Source of the DNA: Puniceicoccales bacterium
GTDB lineage: Bacteria > Verrucomicrobiota > Verrucomicrobiia > Opitutales > LL51
Direction: 5' to 3'
DNA: 60,501 nt
NCBI GenBank assembly: GCA_031259665.1
Contig: JAIRLD010000035.1
Span: 1 to 60,501, forward strand
Positions 36,001-38,995 of the stretch are shown in pieces. The position numbers were made by a program, and so were the translations under genes. The notes under the pieces are model-generated. The model had not been told where the DNA came from and searched no databases. It saw only the letters and a list, made by a program, of their open reading frames with translations. Each line of letters starts with the position of its first letter. Positions within the stretch are counted from its first letter, which is position 1.

Positions 36001-38911
36001 GCTTTAATGCGATTTGTTCGCCGCGTATTCCCTCCAAAATGGCTTCCGCAAAGATATCGTCACCACCCGCTAAATCCGTATATTTTTCGAGTAAATGCAT
36101 CAGCTCGATGCTGTAGTCGCTGATATCGTACTTCTTAGAATCCCGATAACACTTGACTCCATATTTCTCGTAAACATCGATGTAGTCTGCTAAAAGCGCA
36201 GAAATATTGAGAGCCGATCGATCCGCCTTGAAAAATGAAGAAAATAAATCATATTGATTATTCAATTTAGGGTGACGATGGGACGTATTATCCTCAAACA
36301 GGTAGACTTCCCCACGGCACGGAAAAGATTGTATCGTGTCATAATATTGACCATAATTCGTACGCAATTCCTCAATTTTCTCCATCAAAAGCGTACTCAC
36401 ACTCTTGCTACTTTTAGCTTTCTCCGTTCCAAACCACCCTCCCAGTAATTTTGTGAATTTCACAAAATCATTATAAATAATAGGCTCGTAGTGGTCCTTC
36501 AAAATCTTGGCGTAGGTGTATTCCAAAAACTTTTCCGCTTCGTTACTGCTAGCCGAAACTTGAACGCCATTAATCGTTGCAATTTTTTGTCCGAAAATCA
36601 GAGACTGTAAATCCCGTAGTTGCGCTTCAACCTTATCCTTCATCGCCAATACCAGTGTCTCTTCGGAAATCTGCTTCTTAATGGCAACCACTAGGGGCGA
36701 TTGATCTTCCCGATAATTTTCGTCTAATTTTAATATTTTTTGTATAATTACGGTAGCATGCTGCCGCATGGTAGTATCTTTAATAAAAACGTATTTTCCC
36801 TCCAATTCCTTTCGGGTTACTTCGTCGGCTCCACCGGATAAAAATAAATTCAATCCATCATTGATCCAATCCTTGATCGGTAAATTCGTAAGGGATCCAT
36901 TGATCAACGAAGACAGTAGATCGCCACTACTGCTGCTATTGTCCTTACCTAGAACCGTTGCGTCTAAAACGCGATTGACGATGTAAGATTCCAAATCGGG
37001 AAGGAAATTCCCCGATAATGCATAGCGTAACTTTTCCCGTTCTCCCTGGGCAGCATTATTGACCATCGGGAAAATCGCTTTAATTTCATCGCGAACCTTT
37101 GAAGTCTTCAATTCGCTAACGAGTGTTGTATGTACCGCTTGTTTAATCGATTCCCGTACGCGCTGATCAACATACCGCTTAATGGCAAATGCATCTCCAT
37201 TTAAATAATTGGTTACATTTTCAAATGTACTATTGCTTTCTGCTAGGGGTTTATAATCCGTTATCAACCCATCCACCGTTAACTCTGCAGGTAAATGATT
37301 TTCATTTTTCAATAGAATTAATTGACTTTTGACGTATTTTAACGCTTTTCGCAAGGTTTGGAATTGGTCTCCTGTCAACGGTTCGCCTATATCCGTAAAT
37401 TTTATACCACCACTAATCTGATCATAGGATTCCTTACTGAGATAATGATCGATCTGGCTAATTTGGCATCGCAATTTATATTTGCGCGCCTCCTTAAGGA
37501 CGAGATCGCCCACCAGAGAGAGAAATAATTCGCGAATTTCATTCCGCATGCTATCCAGAGTATTATCTTTATCCGTTGCCTCAAAATAACCTTTGCTAAC
37601 AAAATCATCGAAAACTTGACCGGCTAAGTTTCTAACATTATTACTTCCCGAATAGGTTACGGATACCCCATCGTTATTACCATTGAGATAAGCTTCTATT
37701 TTTTCTGAAATTTTTTCCTTAATTCTATTATCTATTTCTTCATTCGTCTCACCATCCAATATGTCCGCATGACTCTGGAGAGATTTTAATGCCGCTGATA
37801 CCCCAACCATGAGTAAATCGCGGCATAATGCATCGGCAACGGTCTCACTATCAGTTCCGTTAACTTTTTTTACGAAAAAGGTCCCCAGCAATTTGCGAAG
37901 ATTATAGGCAATGGTCTGATCCGCCAAATCGATCGCACTAATTTTATCCTTATAGAGTAAAGTGGACGTTTTTTCCGCGATGAGATCCCTAAGATAATAT
38001 AAGGGCACCGATTGAATACCATCCCGTTTTTCCACATCCGTAGCGTCATCTTCCAAACTAATTTTGTCATCATTGACATAGATGAATTGCGTACTGAGAT
38101 GGTTCTTCACCATGTAGTAATTCACATAGGCGACGATTTCTGCCCAACTCAATGGATTACTACCGCCCGAGGTAGGTAAATCGGGAGCAAAAACGATTTC
38201 TCTTAAAAAATCTTCGGTCGTACTTTTCCAAACGCTATCTTGCTTCTGAATCTCGGGATTGGTTAGTCGCTCACGCAACGAAGTATTCACATTGAGAAAC
38301 TGTGTATCGTCCAATTGGTAGCCCGTATTGCTGAAAAAAGTATCGTGGGAAAGAAAGGTAAGCCATTCGACATTCGCCTTCGATAATCCTCTTTCATCCG
38401 TCGCCGGATTATCCCATGTATAATTCACTGGTTTCGGTATATCCGGTTTTTTCGTTTTAAACTCCAATGCACTGTACCCCGGTCCATCCGCTGCGGTCAA
38501 TGTTTCGTCGACGGGATGAAGTACTAAGGTAGGTAATGCACCTATATTCTTCGTATAATCCCGATTGATAGCACTTTCTCGTGGTCTCGGTAGCCCTTCG
38601 ATAACGGGCTCCGTAATATTCGGAAATAGGTCATTCACAACACCCTTTGTCATATCCGGTGGATAGAATATTGGTGGTTCCGAAATCCCCATACTAATGG
38701 CCGAAGGGACCGATCCCGGATAGTCGATATGGTCCGGTTTTGGCATCGGCACATTCGCACCCTCAGCGATATTCATTTCGACTTCATAGAACGAGAACGT
38801 CTTGTCCGGATTGAAGGGATTATTGCGAGGATCTGTCGGATCCAATAAATCAGGAGCCATTTTCCCCAGTGTCCCATCCGCGTAGTCTTTAGGATCAACT
38901 CTTATTCCCAT
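12074..38911 (-). CDS. Giant 8,945-aa protein of unknown family embedded in the T3SS translocator operon (candidate giant T3SS substrate)
   Basis: A single 26.8-kb stop-free frame in AT-rich DNA, with AGGAGG 8 nt upstream of ATG 38911. There is no Sec-type N-terminus. PDLLDP lies at aa 20-25, a Tyr/Gly-rich beta-like central region spans about aa 3825-5277, and a roughly 60-residue bilobed hydrophobic domain lies at about aa 8546-8608. I saw no recognisable enzymatic, RTX, Ig-repeat or NRPS/PKS motifs. Confidence 0.9.
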   Translation of the reverse strand: MGIRVDPKDYADGTLGKMAPDLLDPTDPRNNPFNPDKTFSFYEVEMNIAEGANVPMPKPDHIDYPGSVPSAISMGISEPPIFYPPDMTKGVVNDLFPNITEPVIEGLPRPRESAINRDYTKNIGALPTLVLHPVDETLTAADGPGYSALEFKTKKPDIPKPVNYTWDNPATDERGLSKANVEWLTFLSHDTFFSNTGYQLDDTQFLNVNTSLRERLTNPEIQKQDSVWKSTTEDFLREIVFAPDLPTSGGSNPLSWAEIVAYVNYYMVKNHLSTQFIYVNDDKISLEDDATDVEKRDGIQSVPLYYLRDLIAEKTSTLLYKDKISAIDLADQTIAYNLRKLLGTFFVKKVNGTDSETVADALCRDLLMVGVSAALKSLQSHADILDGETNEEIDNRIKEKISEKIEAYLNGNNDGVSVTYSGSNNVRNLAGQVFDDFVSKGYFEATDKDNTLDSMRNEIRELFLSLVGDLVLKEARKYKLRCQISQIDHYLSKESYDQISGGIKFTDIGEPLTGDQFQTLRKALKYVKSQLILLKNENHLPAELTVDGLITDYKPLAESNSTFENVTNYLNGDAFAIKRYVDQRVRESIKQAVHTTLVSELKTSKVRDEIKAIFPMVNNAAQGEREKLRYALSGNFLPDLESYIVNRVLDATVLGKDNSSSSGDLLSSLINGSLTNLPIKDWINDGLNLFLSGGADEVTRKELEGKYVFIKDTTMRQHATVIIQKILKLDENYREDQSPLVVAIKKQISEETLVLAMKDKVEAQLRDLQSLIFGQKIATINGVQVSASSNEAEKFLEYTYAKILKDHYEPIIYNDFVKFTKLLGGWFGTEKAKSSKSVSTLLMEKIEELRTNYGQYYDTIQSFPCRGEVYLFEDNTSHRHPKLNNQYDLFSSFFKADRSALNISALLADYIDVYEKYGVKCYRDSKKYDISDYSIELMHLLEKYTDLAGGDDIFAEAILEGIRGEQIALKRELEAIDLFLEYKKAKEFKKQLNAYLLDETVAGWRSDTVKRQLLVNKIYSMAVDHEIMRTTDNGEYASGTVDTSIVSLNGEKEYDEEAGAYLYAKGIVEHVTKYNSNEDINIPVAEILNAIEAYKTSDLYDKEELLSQFKRLLVSCEHIPYTDGTSLFSQLTKYISSNSIDFSLLTLFANVYPTIKSDTYVAKGVEDLAKSVLTHAAADIKAQMTAVHASVYALNSAFETFIDLSTSDHCDTLGTSLGDLVFATKTFDDGGGYAYTVNTFIDTYNELSTGLKGLVNPAGNLITNLKSAGLATADEVFDDIQVELNAIRGNIDSIYGEINLTQAGSITNETNLKNAINDLLTFLDHIEVAFFIEKEQKKYPTWYTARSGDDSPYNCLLEDLKAFASERTSLEVILNKLIKFLETDEASYSLIANFGINLLPLKGDCNLSDIGTVGDEHYVQGILSKLEADGVNSLREIFTNASYDPASKFEAYEANFNTLNTAIADLVGVTSTGGVTALTNAINNLQLISPLSSDFNIYNETSIEKDQYVYLFNQVASAYNEAIGFLKGIEVANYLKIFDGTIGSTVDAIVAFEAMHSQLTALENKLEGDDYMGKIKSGTQFGTDLNNKLTDLGAAHGNEVLQWLVDVLRQSKKTTLYNLLSAIVPSTWNTNFTNLDMLRTILRGFIDQEELGSTESRSFTITKADCLKLFDMIDRATYDGSTLSPVKYTDTSETGTLKDAVDGEVKTENPSVAELMPENCQYFTDIQRVPGPYFTDMPGVPRVLNFGELYDVICNIIINGEGPTSGITPVPVIGSRIDGGGDVIPQADSAYDRSRWFVSQFTSVYNTIVNDFCLDGTSPSSDSLAAAVESYKTALTALAEAEAEPTVPSEAETPEPTVPDGITTAKGNLLASYGISDTSLRAKIEAILDPLNEVKKTIQELTSNEQNNLLINGVIDWSKISSDLSADTAHVQSVTLNGQSFLIGKFKDTTSATEFYVVQSGNGVDMVKTFLTSSDVEKLQSLITAEIELYQSFNNQMVVNIVDRLGDYSENDYVAIDFLKAYIIDVTGSIFTDELNAQVTALVNKPDLSLLEMYQGVYAYGTKSKIEDASEIFQGLLDTENFWQLAESYVFADVNDETEVTAKIVGELAYSDTEATKENYIKSLKANIYNTLTKTDIGDDAAVPKLDTILADLRTAIEASADRSVTPDQLEPLNDFFGDLLGKIENATFRETDQNVTLEADDTDLPNDITIIVTETDQEELEVYINQILANFRYQVVNGLKDAFKDANDQCTQAQLEAFKALLCAIAATPDSTSIYLFSGDNSTNPYVFYDANETEDTKPGKKDLLIELLTDVITSLETKNSAIIGTQPPAHPASTYFLQRTGFNYDTWDNTEENSITNTITLFTDAFGNVTYDTNGSITSYGNNLTNWTAFWGQTDSSGALADRIKTVYEGLGSADDKKAFQYLFLKALDGITDKNNFSSSSVAQLKEILEAFDKHCLEIDTAGSDDIEIVGFLQQTDNEGIESDTSLKRALTAETETTISPEAYYTWDDAEITAINEEVVKYPESETIDPSVEIEDVTTLLVTYDEKYVDTYWQCILDTYTYNLFAKNDTEISTEDFNGALSILVESLQTNGYLTPELNGYSEQQALFEALQTQYEAICSAIDSPTWTMSETVLSLDRLKDELEVDEEWIDVLTAANKIDGTGHTLSDDEKSAIETKVKNMMVQQALPMKEKARYDIVNALVAPYEFDGDQVTLTLETIKNALSDEKITEANTDTDKIFDSTTHDIFNLLEVFDGTVKIGNSGTDSLPDILSFVSTAIEDYSEKLTAIFNAKAQTELDTALSGLQNCNLATAKTKVTDALNGNKNTANVLQKTIIEERLQNAEAILDNLDLLKEHIALCTDANYTAYQSRVGAGSAMSENEWNETIAGTLAAIRAEPSLNLAKLKEFSTQLDNCLGQGIRNDDNDDLLDPEVVEIIRDILSCSATIEKLLLVNTLQEKLGNANGREIIQKFLYGEEPIPGSEELPYSGISVFKNDAATLTLDKVLTLLEQAGGMGISSAALLGDSIQKLFDLVDTNHIGTSLGGIFTEVSQEVEYIYNLSQISDSLLGIGSEPNELLNALKSFSDEMFAASPELVDTAIVDLQAIEDLTVTDINKNNENHSMSILVEAYNDMMGFFQSTLIKSGALTGAIQTAIDNFVAAYDADNPNAHATQKNALQTSLASAEGLLTILKNVFNSENSTGSAYREVFLMIHAQLRLKIDAKIQTLKNNYSCVQKPEPGQSIQPNTPYYISVLPITWSSDQIKAHNDYMDHLIENLYRFEALTYLGIFPKLSGSGTATREEIELLCSIFGHWEDLETSDDELCEKYLPADEVNALKTLLHKAYIAQSDTSGETLDAIFQSLYPGNSIGGVGLSSIKMGIDVNVKQDKFETFSKIFDNYKEEVEQCVHSLYDGFQEYIADGTIPQITSISQISLDKLLHDLNASDVPLLIIQKMGDLADTINTNIAALNSSIILFVGEPTQANLDAINNAFGAIITTINNSALTAGLLEEDATKLRACFTEIQTAFEKARPQYYLLLLEKMYPHLGENEVERIGLQTQYATTFPTPTGQIDAGSVEEIVKNINEYIENLFSNFGSDETLQKYYAANTVSTFGNALLKNVNTLQSNVNSSANANFQQLTDLRSNFKELNRLLWNVLKPPTNTTTQEAIAVLTTLTTVAKDISAIGNNAEEAKNEYNKLVDCYNTIQGKLTETGADSLAETLQKLSNGDYADEANYENTGIYKAIKNIIDAINQKITSDKTIANIFRAFNTACFMIFLQKKYPEWNSSETELNSARTKYNTIFDVATKTYETYYTCGDDANIQTLSEKIKPYQGDIKIIDSHPHYFESDNQIMQGHSVNDTGWLYREPAERGGYIQYDVQQNKQYVYSNGQYFKLAEQEVAFVQLSPEQHVRILAPNIIYEQISQAEQIEGNENSNQTYVLTTDTITQPVSNSYKSYFVLGEDGTYYDIVRYHLKRKVYDKDVIRYIDLNSNDTFCYRATLKEYAEVAAKDLPDLQGPLANDRDYFIIGDEGQYYKVDDVYTKYYYKEAELTGNESDEEKKTVEGTYYKIVGEAVEGSNKKYILESGEQITCSSATPANLFYRSTQNEKKFFGTKLYQKGTGEKYVTRDDPYLVVPVTYERYVLANNNPEGFTAENKEVYIYSDILKQYVLVGNSDEYYFTGTGDKEYRIEFPDRRYIKRTVDSKDEYLYVPHPESKYKKEEGVTPIEGDCIYTNGKYLPIKKSGTTNVAQGFKLKTGSGITPANDYVQASDGGYYKLNDVKIKTTNGEEFGYTNSFKRAPQTGLNGSFVCGTNGTYYQISGTGATHKLYADYQLSTDTDTCYVLQSSTLATVENPVKLYAQRNTSYYEIQTVGAGASILADNIPLQVGDRYITISGSNEKIARTEREYVKLSASDTYESIKNESGNLKIKKEINDTTSGIVGFYGMIVANSSKVLIAKVEDTGLYKTGTATDLAVTSWQPYVLEEVTYSNLFINDTTNKQLIRASENTDTGTSFVTPFKSTNGSYAHGEDGIYHDVSGTSAKKLYADYNLVSGSGNWFVLQESTLVQVIKEEVYAQYSGQYYKIKTVGSSDSISAGGKLLFPGNRYIAISENSNIQIKDGEKEYVKLSSGNTYVPTKDASGKVMVKKEATVAGGIAGLDGIFVVGSNNAVVTEVKDKNLYTAKVMNVEGEDGLLYGLNDVNVSGETGSGLALDKQGLSNIFMKNGTEFVRVSKPTEQYTVSLNASGNFVKIGDKYYDRRRGDITLKVNYKNEAGQVCYRALNDNNSNIPFYLNTSNNVLVKPAEGGSVSGSGLFNQYTIEKNDSPVYTELQGQLSKAVKAGGQYYNLQDFQLVVKKNGKLTRFDGALTELQSSNGAYMAPYLVPVGEDLSTYDATKAIKVDGYSTENGKFSVYNVTINTTAQTYATSATENCYLKGTDNKLYSTTNLKISIDGSYSDFLGFAYLKKASTTLTSLAADNIFKNYEFAYRQSVTNEVKEGYFLKGDDGQYYATQTETTSQLCVGPAATTKITGVYAFKTGTGTGAVVIPNPTKFIYVDESNLGDRIKIGEEYVRKSDLYIGTDPKAKIQSFCVDAYGKSVTIDNLVSLYQVDANGSILCYQIDTKTGKPEAYFGQEKKITIDGTAGCYTPDEAGAIVRAETTGYYKWNAVKSDPNFIKLRDVYYIKRDPNEEAYFVSSLAVDTLYVYGTKYDFVELAKQNGSVVGDGLFYKYEGDFSTARDDLYCDSKVIQLRGSDGKLYNKDALYQKGTQLRYIPVKDLAMVTEDDDEALTRDVYVKSFGQTLEHVETLIDNIDNSDSRTLYGALGGKIKEHLEAINGNLDIYSKAVAVYDQKDELGVVALREHPEYRSDGGGALAEVFDEYTKRILISSNEEWLKYYRGLRDEVEAYKVSSEEQNIFLQRIALINTVLHNHFGDIISHEEFFGGDLSLAVGKLVQEVKGTKNKKNDQSGADYDKEIYETCYTLFEEMVVGLETLRLSWDLEDQAKEEEAKKAQGVDSVSVISPQMDTLKEKLGEMVKKLKEITADKIKVIEGQVEVYGKIALLEYAYNNYGKIGNEIIFKEDNVQFIRTQEKITVQFVKLSTGEHALRLCDFVRSSGDSPLISHEFLFRYNNVKGEIEKCVLDLASTLGSYTSHQWTPKSGGPITKPLSYLFTVKNSDGTGSGIECKWGKARSETDAPEWGVDGVLFKDVQRHNALQNLFRYKADGAETSTEGYIYKLAKEKLPKNDLMMNYVEQVTKNMEVPIYMARDRLCFFENSNYKTPAMIEMIQEKTQKLAEKPVSPFDPLRNTTVEFLDKTGLNASQLHAAETMTNVTEPVVLNLAPYSQDSNPSGWPQSGGKDSNQVQAGSLVSFLRDILMKPTDSVSVSNTAYLKAYTNVVTATDFSLANAEADVIVPFKDEINDAFNYTNNKVNAGRYCITDTFVNNFTNKPKSYLTNGQVTHWNSERDMLINGGVNQFDPGYPNVHDGNYVQWSVRVVSGDQGTCTKNAWDAFKRGISFDGVHIGNYNGGQLDSRQWSFRGDTGGVFLYTPSSSNGGSGNYNPVSWLNNCTEYGDSSNKKKYISGGSGKWTGTGCDMAEGIVHIGATMSAWAGVANNRFDKFRAGYRAIKTAYNKTDTGFSAARTTINNIINKIRAGQWNDVSESNRGALYLINRFDLTTLEKVVIPTQFDIGAKDAQNQPILENADQGAWNGTNYTTLYNQRVTDLEQVIKVINYFKTNIIPKINELNTAITTFNATTGEGILDAATNVETKVTALETVIDIVLGEGENYLGDYRNNNDYPVTENLYTLLNSFKSNVVSVRISVAAQKGDIDKLYRASKSLFFALNNLEAQYKDWRSDPIEHQSMLAAIGELKKDTTNYSAAIQSSTITPIYNYVDQYWVHESLYSEWRNYNKDDSINKYNASALVTAGKTITERVKELQAAYSGWTKSKIIQHELLKQCYKILKNADLPGANAEEEKANLMNFKNSIRSSNSDKFDPTTAAQNFFCDLFIKIYEYPVKERNSVPPRCNSILSAASDDFEPLAIRTIRQGDTTTSHVAVFTPVDNTIAFEEPAQGTIPKSHWESAKIVLDNLDVTGEDSLTDYLDKQASELAKRTNRIGKNGFYKIKLLLDEIAAKIEIYRLLQGSANQNIALALTEWYNAIVDYAAQYIKISLQEHINDHLWDATDAKIPYEEIGNATDAAGIATLNSNWKITSVTSIEGTMLKHIQLNSAFNIQYLYSANNQSGLTTINTLKSSFLDADNKIKNTFMNVTSTLEEIKTFQGCLTNLLQQYNNLTEEQKKGYNSNTIEAYIQRLEESISNNLCAYDVSTDITTLKITELPEMTEKLLVKCLKQLDNLKKRFESLKITREVNTFYDWFVNIEKLYYDWRINSVSREKLLKQLDLFKNIKFEFELPKAIANDQALTVDNVEIKSYPNMMAMMTQITEAVTNINDIVKGTVGVDINQTKRAAANTALTNDTNGAMAKLEAAKTSGEFRSIDDYFTCKGIIDGLESVLDDIPTTGELTVDKATALKIKMASSEEITQMASNSSYFLSMIIDHIGEIKDHIKLFDITMPTNNDKKEYEKIADRYGFTGDCDHDQVAVIRLMDKIRVTIEDEFRAANNNRGSELLAAKISGRAISFSVGDIKGSDDRMKKYHQCWYDFERYASYLVTNFVHQNGDKKMANGTNAGIALTNCGYATTDFGNIAKGTESGGRLLTYYTVPGSGNNSVANRKARLNTACSNFTAIDYGTEFIDFKLDCLKIYKELFLGESVFQNIRGYMAPRGAYLAVCDYVNYLFEKYPGWRNDTDVNTNLRKALTDLKGANLYQQMNLSYEISSDIRKTVSSTGNIGSTYCSYIGATVNRASSNLSDYISILSNDIYGYDLFEDAEAIYNSRLSTINDALETVLGNGNYDYTALFDTKSDTLLSGGAIITDDDQMIQLIKQLESVVTGWNRQDEGSTKKIFNELNKDGVYFLQSDNSYVYNGTAAAVPKTAYPRDGTVKTIAGETTTYEICKDGSVVSTETKKTADTVRNRIITNELLSVIDSLKNVYLNGAAIKKVGEVYYRLQMAEYVYAMAGKEASDVGWCALNGTKFLKNNGYYTFKMGDVNFICGIQNGEIKIVQITSAEKSDLANREMTWFEKKKNLQGVFYKYTDSSQADPVLTAEEFSITADGKTYYSSGGGFFDSNGTEVGYDGEGFLLDEEGARIVKTVTNSSGSSSYVAYRVDGISSDLLGVDYNPTTKTEIESSSGTLERYGMRFGSHRGMFAANAQYLLDEDAHALFVEEFNTIGTNFGIEYASWKKDISNELFSNSSKSFSAKIAQFAAMFSSLSDILGRHDVKRYNDKLAYSDEELMLKMINTVIKNFDKADNDFKNFANIATRGKEYYTILNKIAIAKSSGNIEAANQYIAELAPKKRDYENAKTNAAKEKGSFPAYVKSLSKSLSEAASQMKYLLSIQRSPSVRAQLITSYTYSVKRCEVAENILSASIGIDSVGEEVENFVANSGLQKDFANIATLIQNGNSKYSERPVLSLAEIWGVEKDAKMCEYGGWRGDSRDALLYQSVLNEFTKRTYFQKSEELPLIGSDGVKTYITQMGTTLETYIEELKKYEIYSGIFQDVYVLDVIKDGRKCKIAGIGFNEIIKEHANWFIDSSRKVDFQAALKDLSTDLDLIINSYDSKGELKGQMDAVLLQKIKNFREYLGSRDDIDKKTYIGRVKDFIPYNENKKSEAQYKYKLQSMELNAVIAKYNAKKLDFEEYKKQIDELKQTGPLDDYIAKLRGFLSYSQQLDLYQKSLLQMVPIRYANYRGGWHKLADLSDTQLKETNGSTYCRMIYGYKKNGEVCFIEDYDPNDSITEPVYVEMNSIWHGDYSHYGVMFRLMAILYEKFTTQKNMLEELLKEIQANNEKISEANKYLAKINKVQAQAARQGENARAVIPADVILFFKKNNIPMASEFFSNDADIATYENSNFNKRMTFLEEKNKGVSNVLTYLSQGKLKSGDAASSNMMLADLTNSDLLELGSLKEICDQTDCVNDNYKKVSDRVKKADPVAGLVAALTILAVVALAAVALVAIFVPGLGALAIAGLIALAAGGVASLVMAGIAGADHGNPVAFHATDQVMGGDQDKLLYAYWSNRNKIKADNPTAQIRSTLNHYTQALIARMDGDCLPHPCSLEGISTNKLHPNDSAFNGFQLDDWAPASMGWGATGHYKYLANKIGDAAGLSSNDFTSGSNQWMIESFDMLAHQKFYGSDKGVGKENYTSPDYDYNALILIYKLEALADTYGDPVAQIAVNYLTGGLKVAETIDALNGLSDPTIGDAVLGQALTSEDVKMIKTYIDGKNLFTEDEDIPDYEKKTLTQCWTEKDDIKAVLNKLYGDGSKGLNADEVSLWSENMRMHIDKITTNGQTLSTKMQRMMQRCNETTSLATQMLKSIGDLWKQLTGNIR
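13085..13275 (-). other. Bilobed hydrophobic (two-helix membrane hairpin) domain of the giant protein
   Basis: Encodes VAGLVAALTILAVVALAAVALVAIFVPGLGALAIAGLIALAAGGVASLVMAGIAG. This is the only long hydrophobic stretch I could find in the 8,945 aa. Confidence 0.7.
20440..21215 (-). other. Gly/Trp/Asn/Cys-rich probable globular beta domain inside the giant protein
   Basis: The segment ...RYCITDTFVNNF...VHDGNYVQWSVRVVSGDQGTCTKNAWDAFKRGISFDGVHIGNYNGGQLDSRQWSFRGDTGGVFLY...GKWTGTGCDMAEGIVHIGATMSAWAG... contrasts with the helical-looking flanks. The family is unknown. Confidence 0.4.
23080..27440 (-). other. Central Tyr/Gly/Lys/Thr-rich beta-repeat-like region of the giant protein
   Basis: A short degenerate motif recurs about every 40-70 aa: G-x-YYK/YYE/YYQ followed by V/I-x-D/G (GTYYDIV, GQYYKVDDV, GTYYKIVGE, GGYYKLNDV, GTYYQISG, TSYYEIQTV, GQYYKIKTV, GQYYNLQDF, GQYYATQTE, TGYYKWNAV). 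Confidence 0.6.
24760..26040 (-). repeat. Tandem duplication (2 x about 640 nt / about 213 aa) within the giant ORF
   Basis: Unit 1 reads ...NGTYYQISGTGATHKLYADYQLSTDTDTCYVLQSSTLATV...YAQRNTSYYEIQTVGAGASI...GDRYITISGSNEKI...EREYVKLSASDTYESIKNESGNLKIKKE...VEDTGLYKTG. Unit 2 reads ...DGIYHDVSGTSAKKLYADYNLVSGSGNWFVLQESTLVQV...YAQYSGQYYKIKTVGSSDSI...GNRYIAISENSNIQ...EKEYVKLSSGNTYVPTKDASGKVMVKKE...VKDKNLYTAK. Confidence 0.8.
38837..38854 (-). other. PxLxxP hexapeptide (PDLLDP, aa 20-25 of giant protein), candidate class II chaperone-binding motif
   Basis: Reverse complement of 38837-38860 reads ATG GCT CCT GAT TTA TTG GAT CCG = M A P D L L D P. Confidence 0.35.
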
Positions 38912-38995
38912 TTTTTTTCCTCCTATTTCTTTGTTTTTTTATGAATTATATTTTTATTTTTTTATTTATTTTGCCTGTAATTGAAAATTTTTAAC

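Noticed and set aside
12090-38079. Dozens of 60-147-aa ORFs on either strand inside the giant gene (for example 21349-21792, 24651-25016, 15384-15695, 21697-22002)
   Set aside because: They are shadow or out-of-frame ORFs inside a 26.8-kb continuous frame. They are low-complexity or Pro/Ser-rich translations without starts or RBS support.
12074-38911. The giant ORF as an assembly artefact, an RTX/Ig-repeat adhesin (T1SS/T5SS) or an NRPS/PKS megasynthase
   Set aside because: A 26.8-kb stop-free frame cannot arise by chance in AT-rich DNA, and the sequence is mostly non-repetitive at the nucleotide level. I saw no Sec signal, no GGxGxD nonapeptide block, no regular Ig/cadherin-type tandem domains, and no condensation (HHxxxDG), adenylation or carrier-protein motifs. 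This rejection is by eye only and should be confirmed with profile searches.
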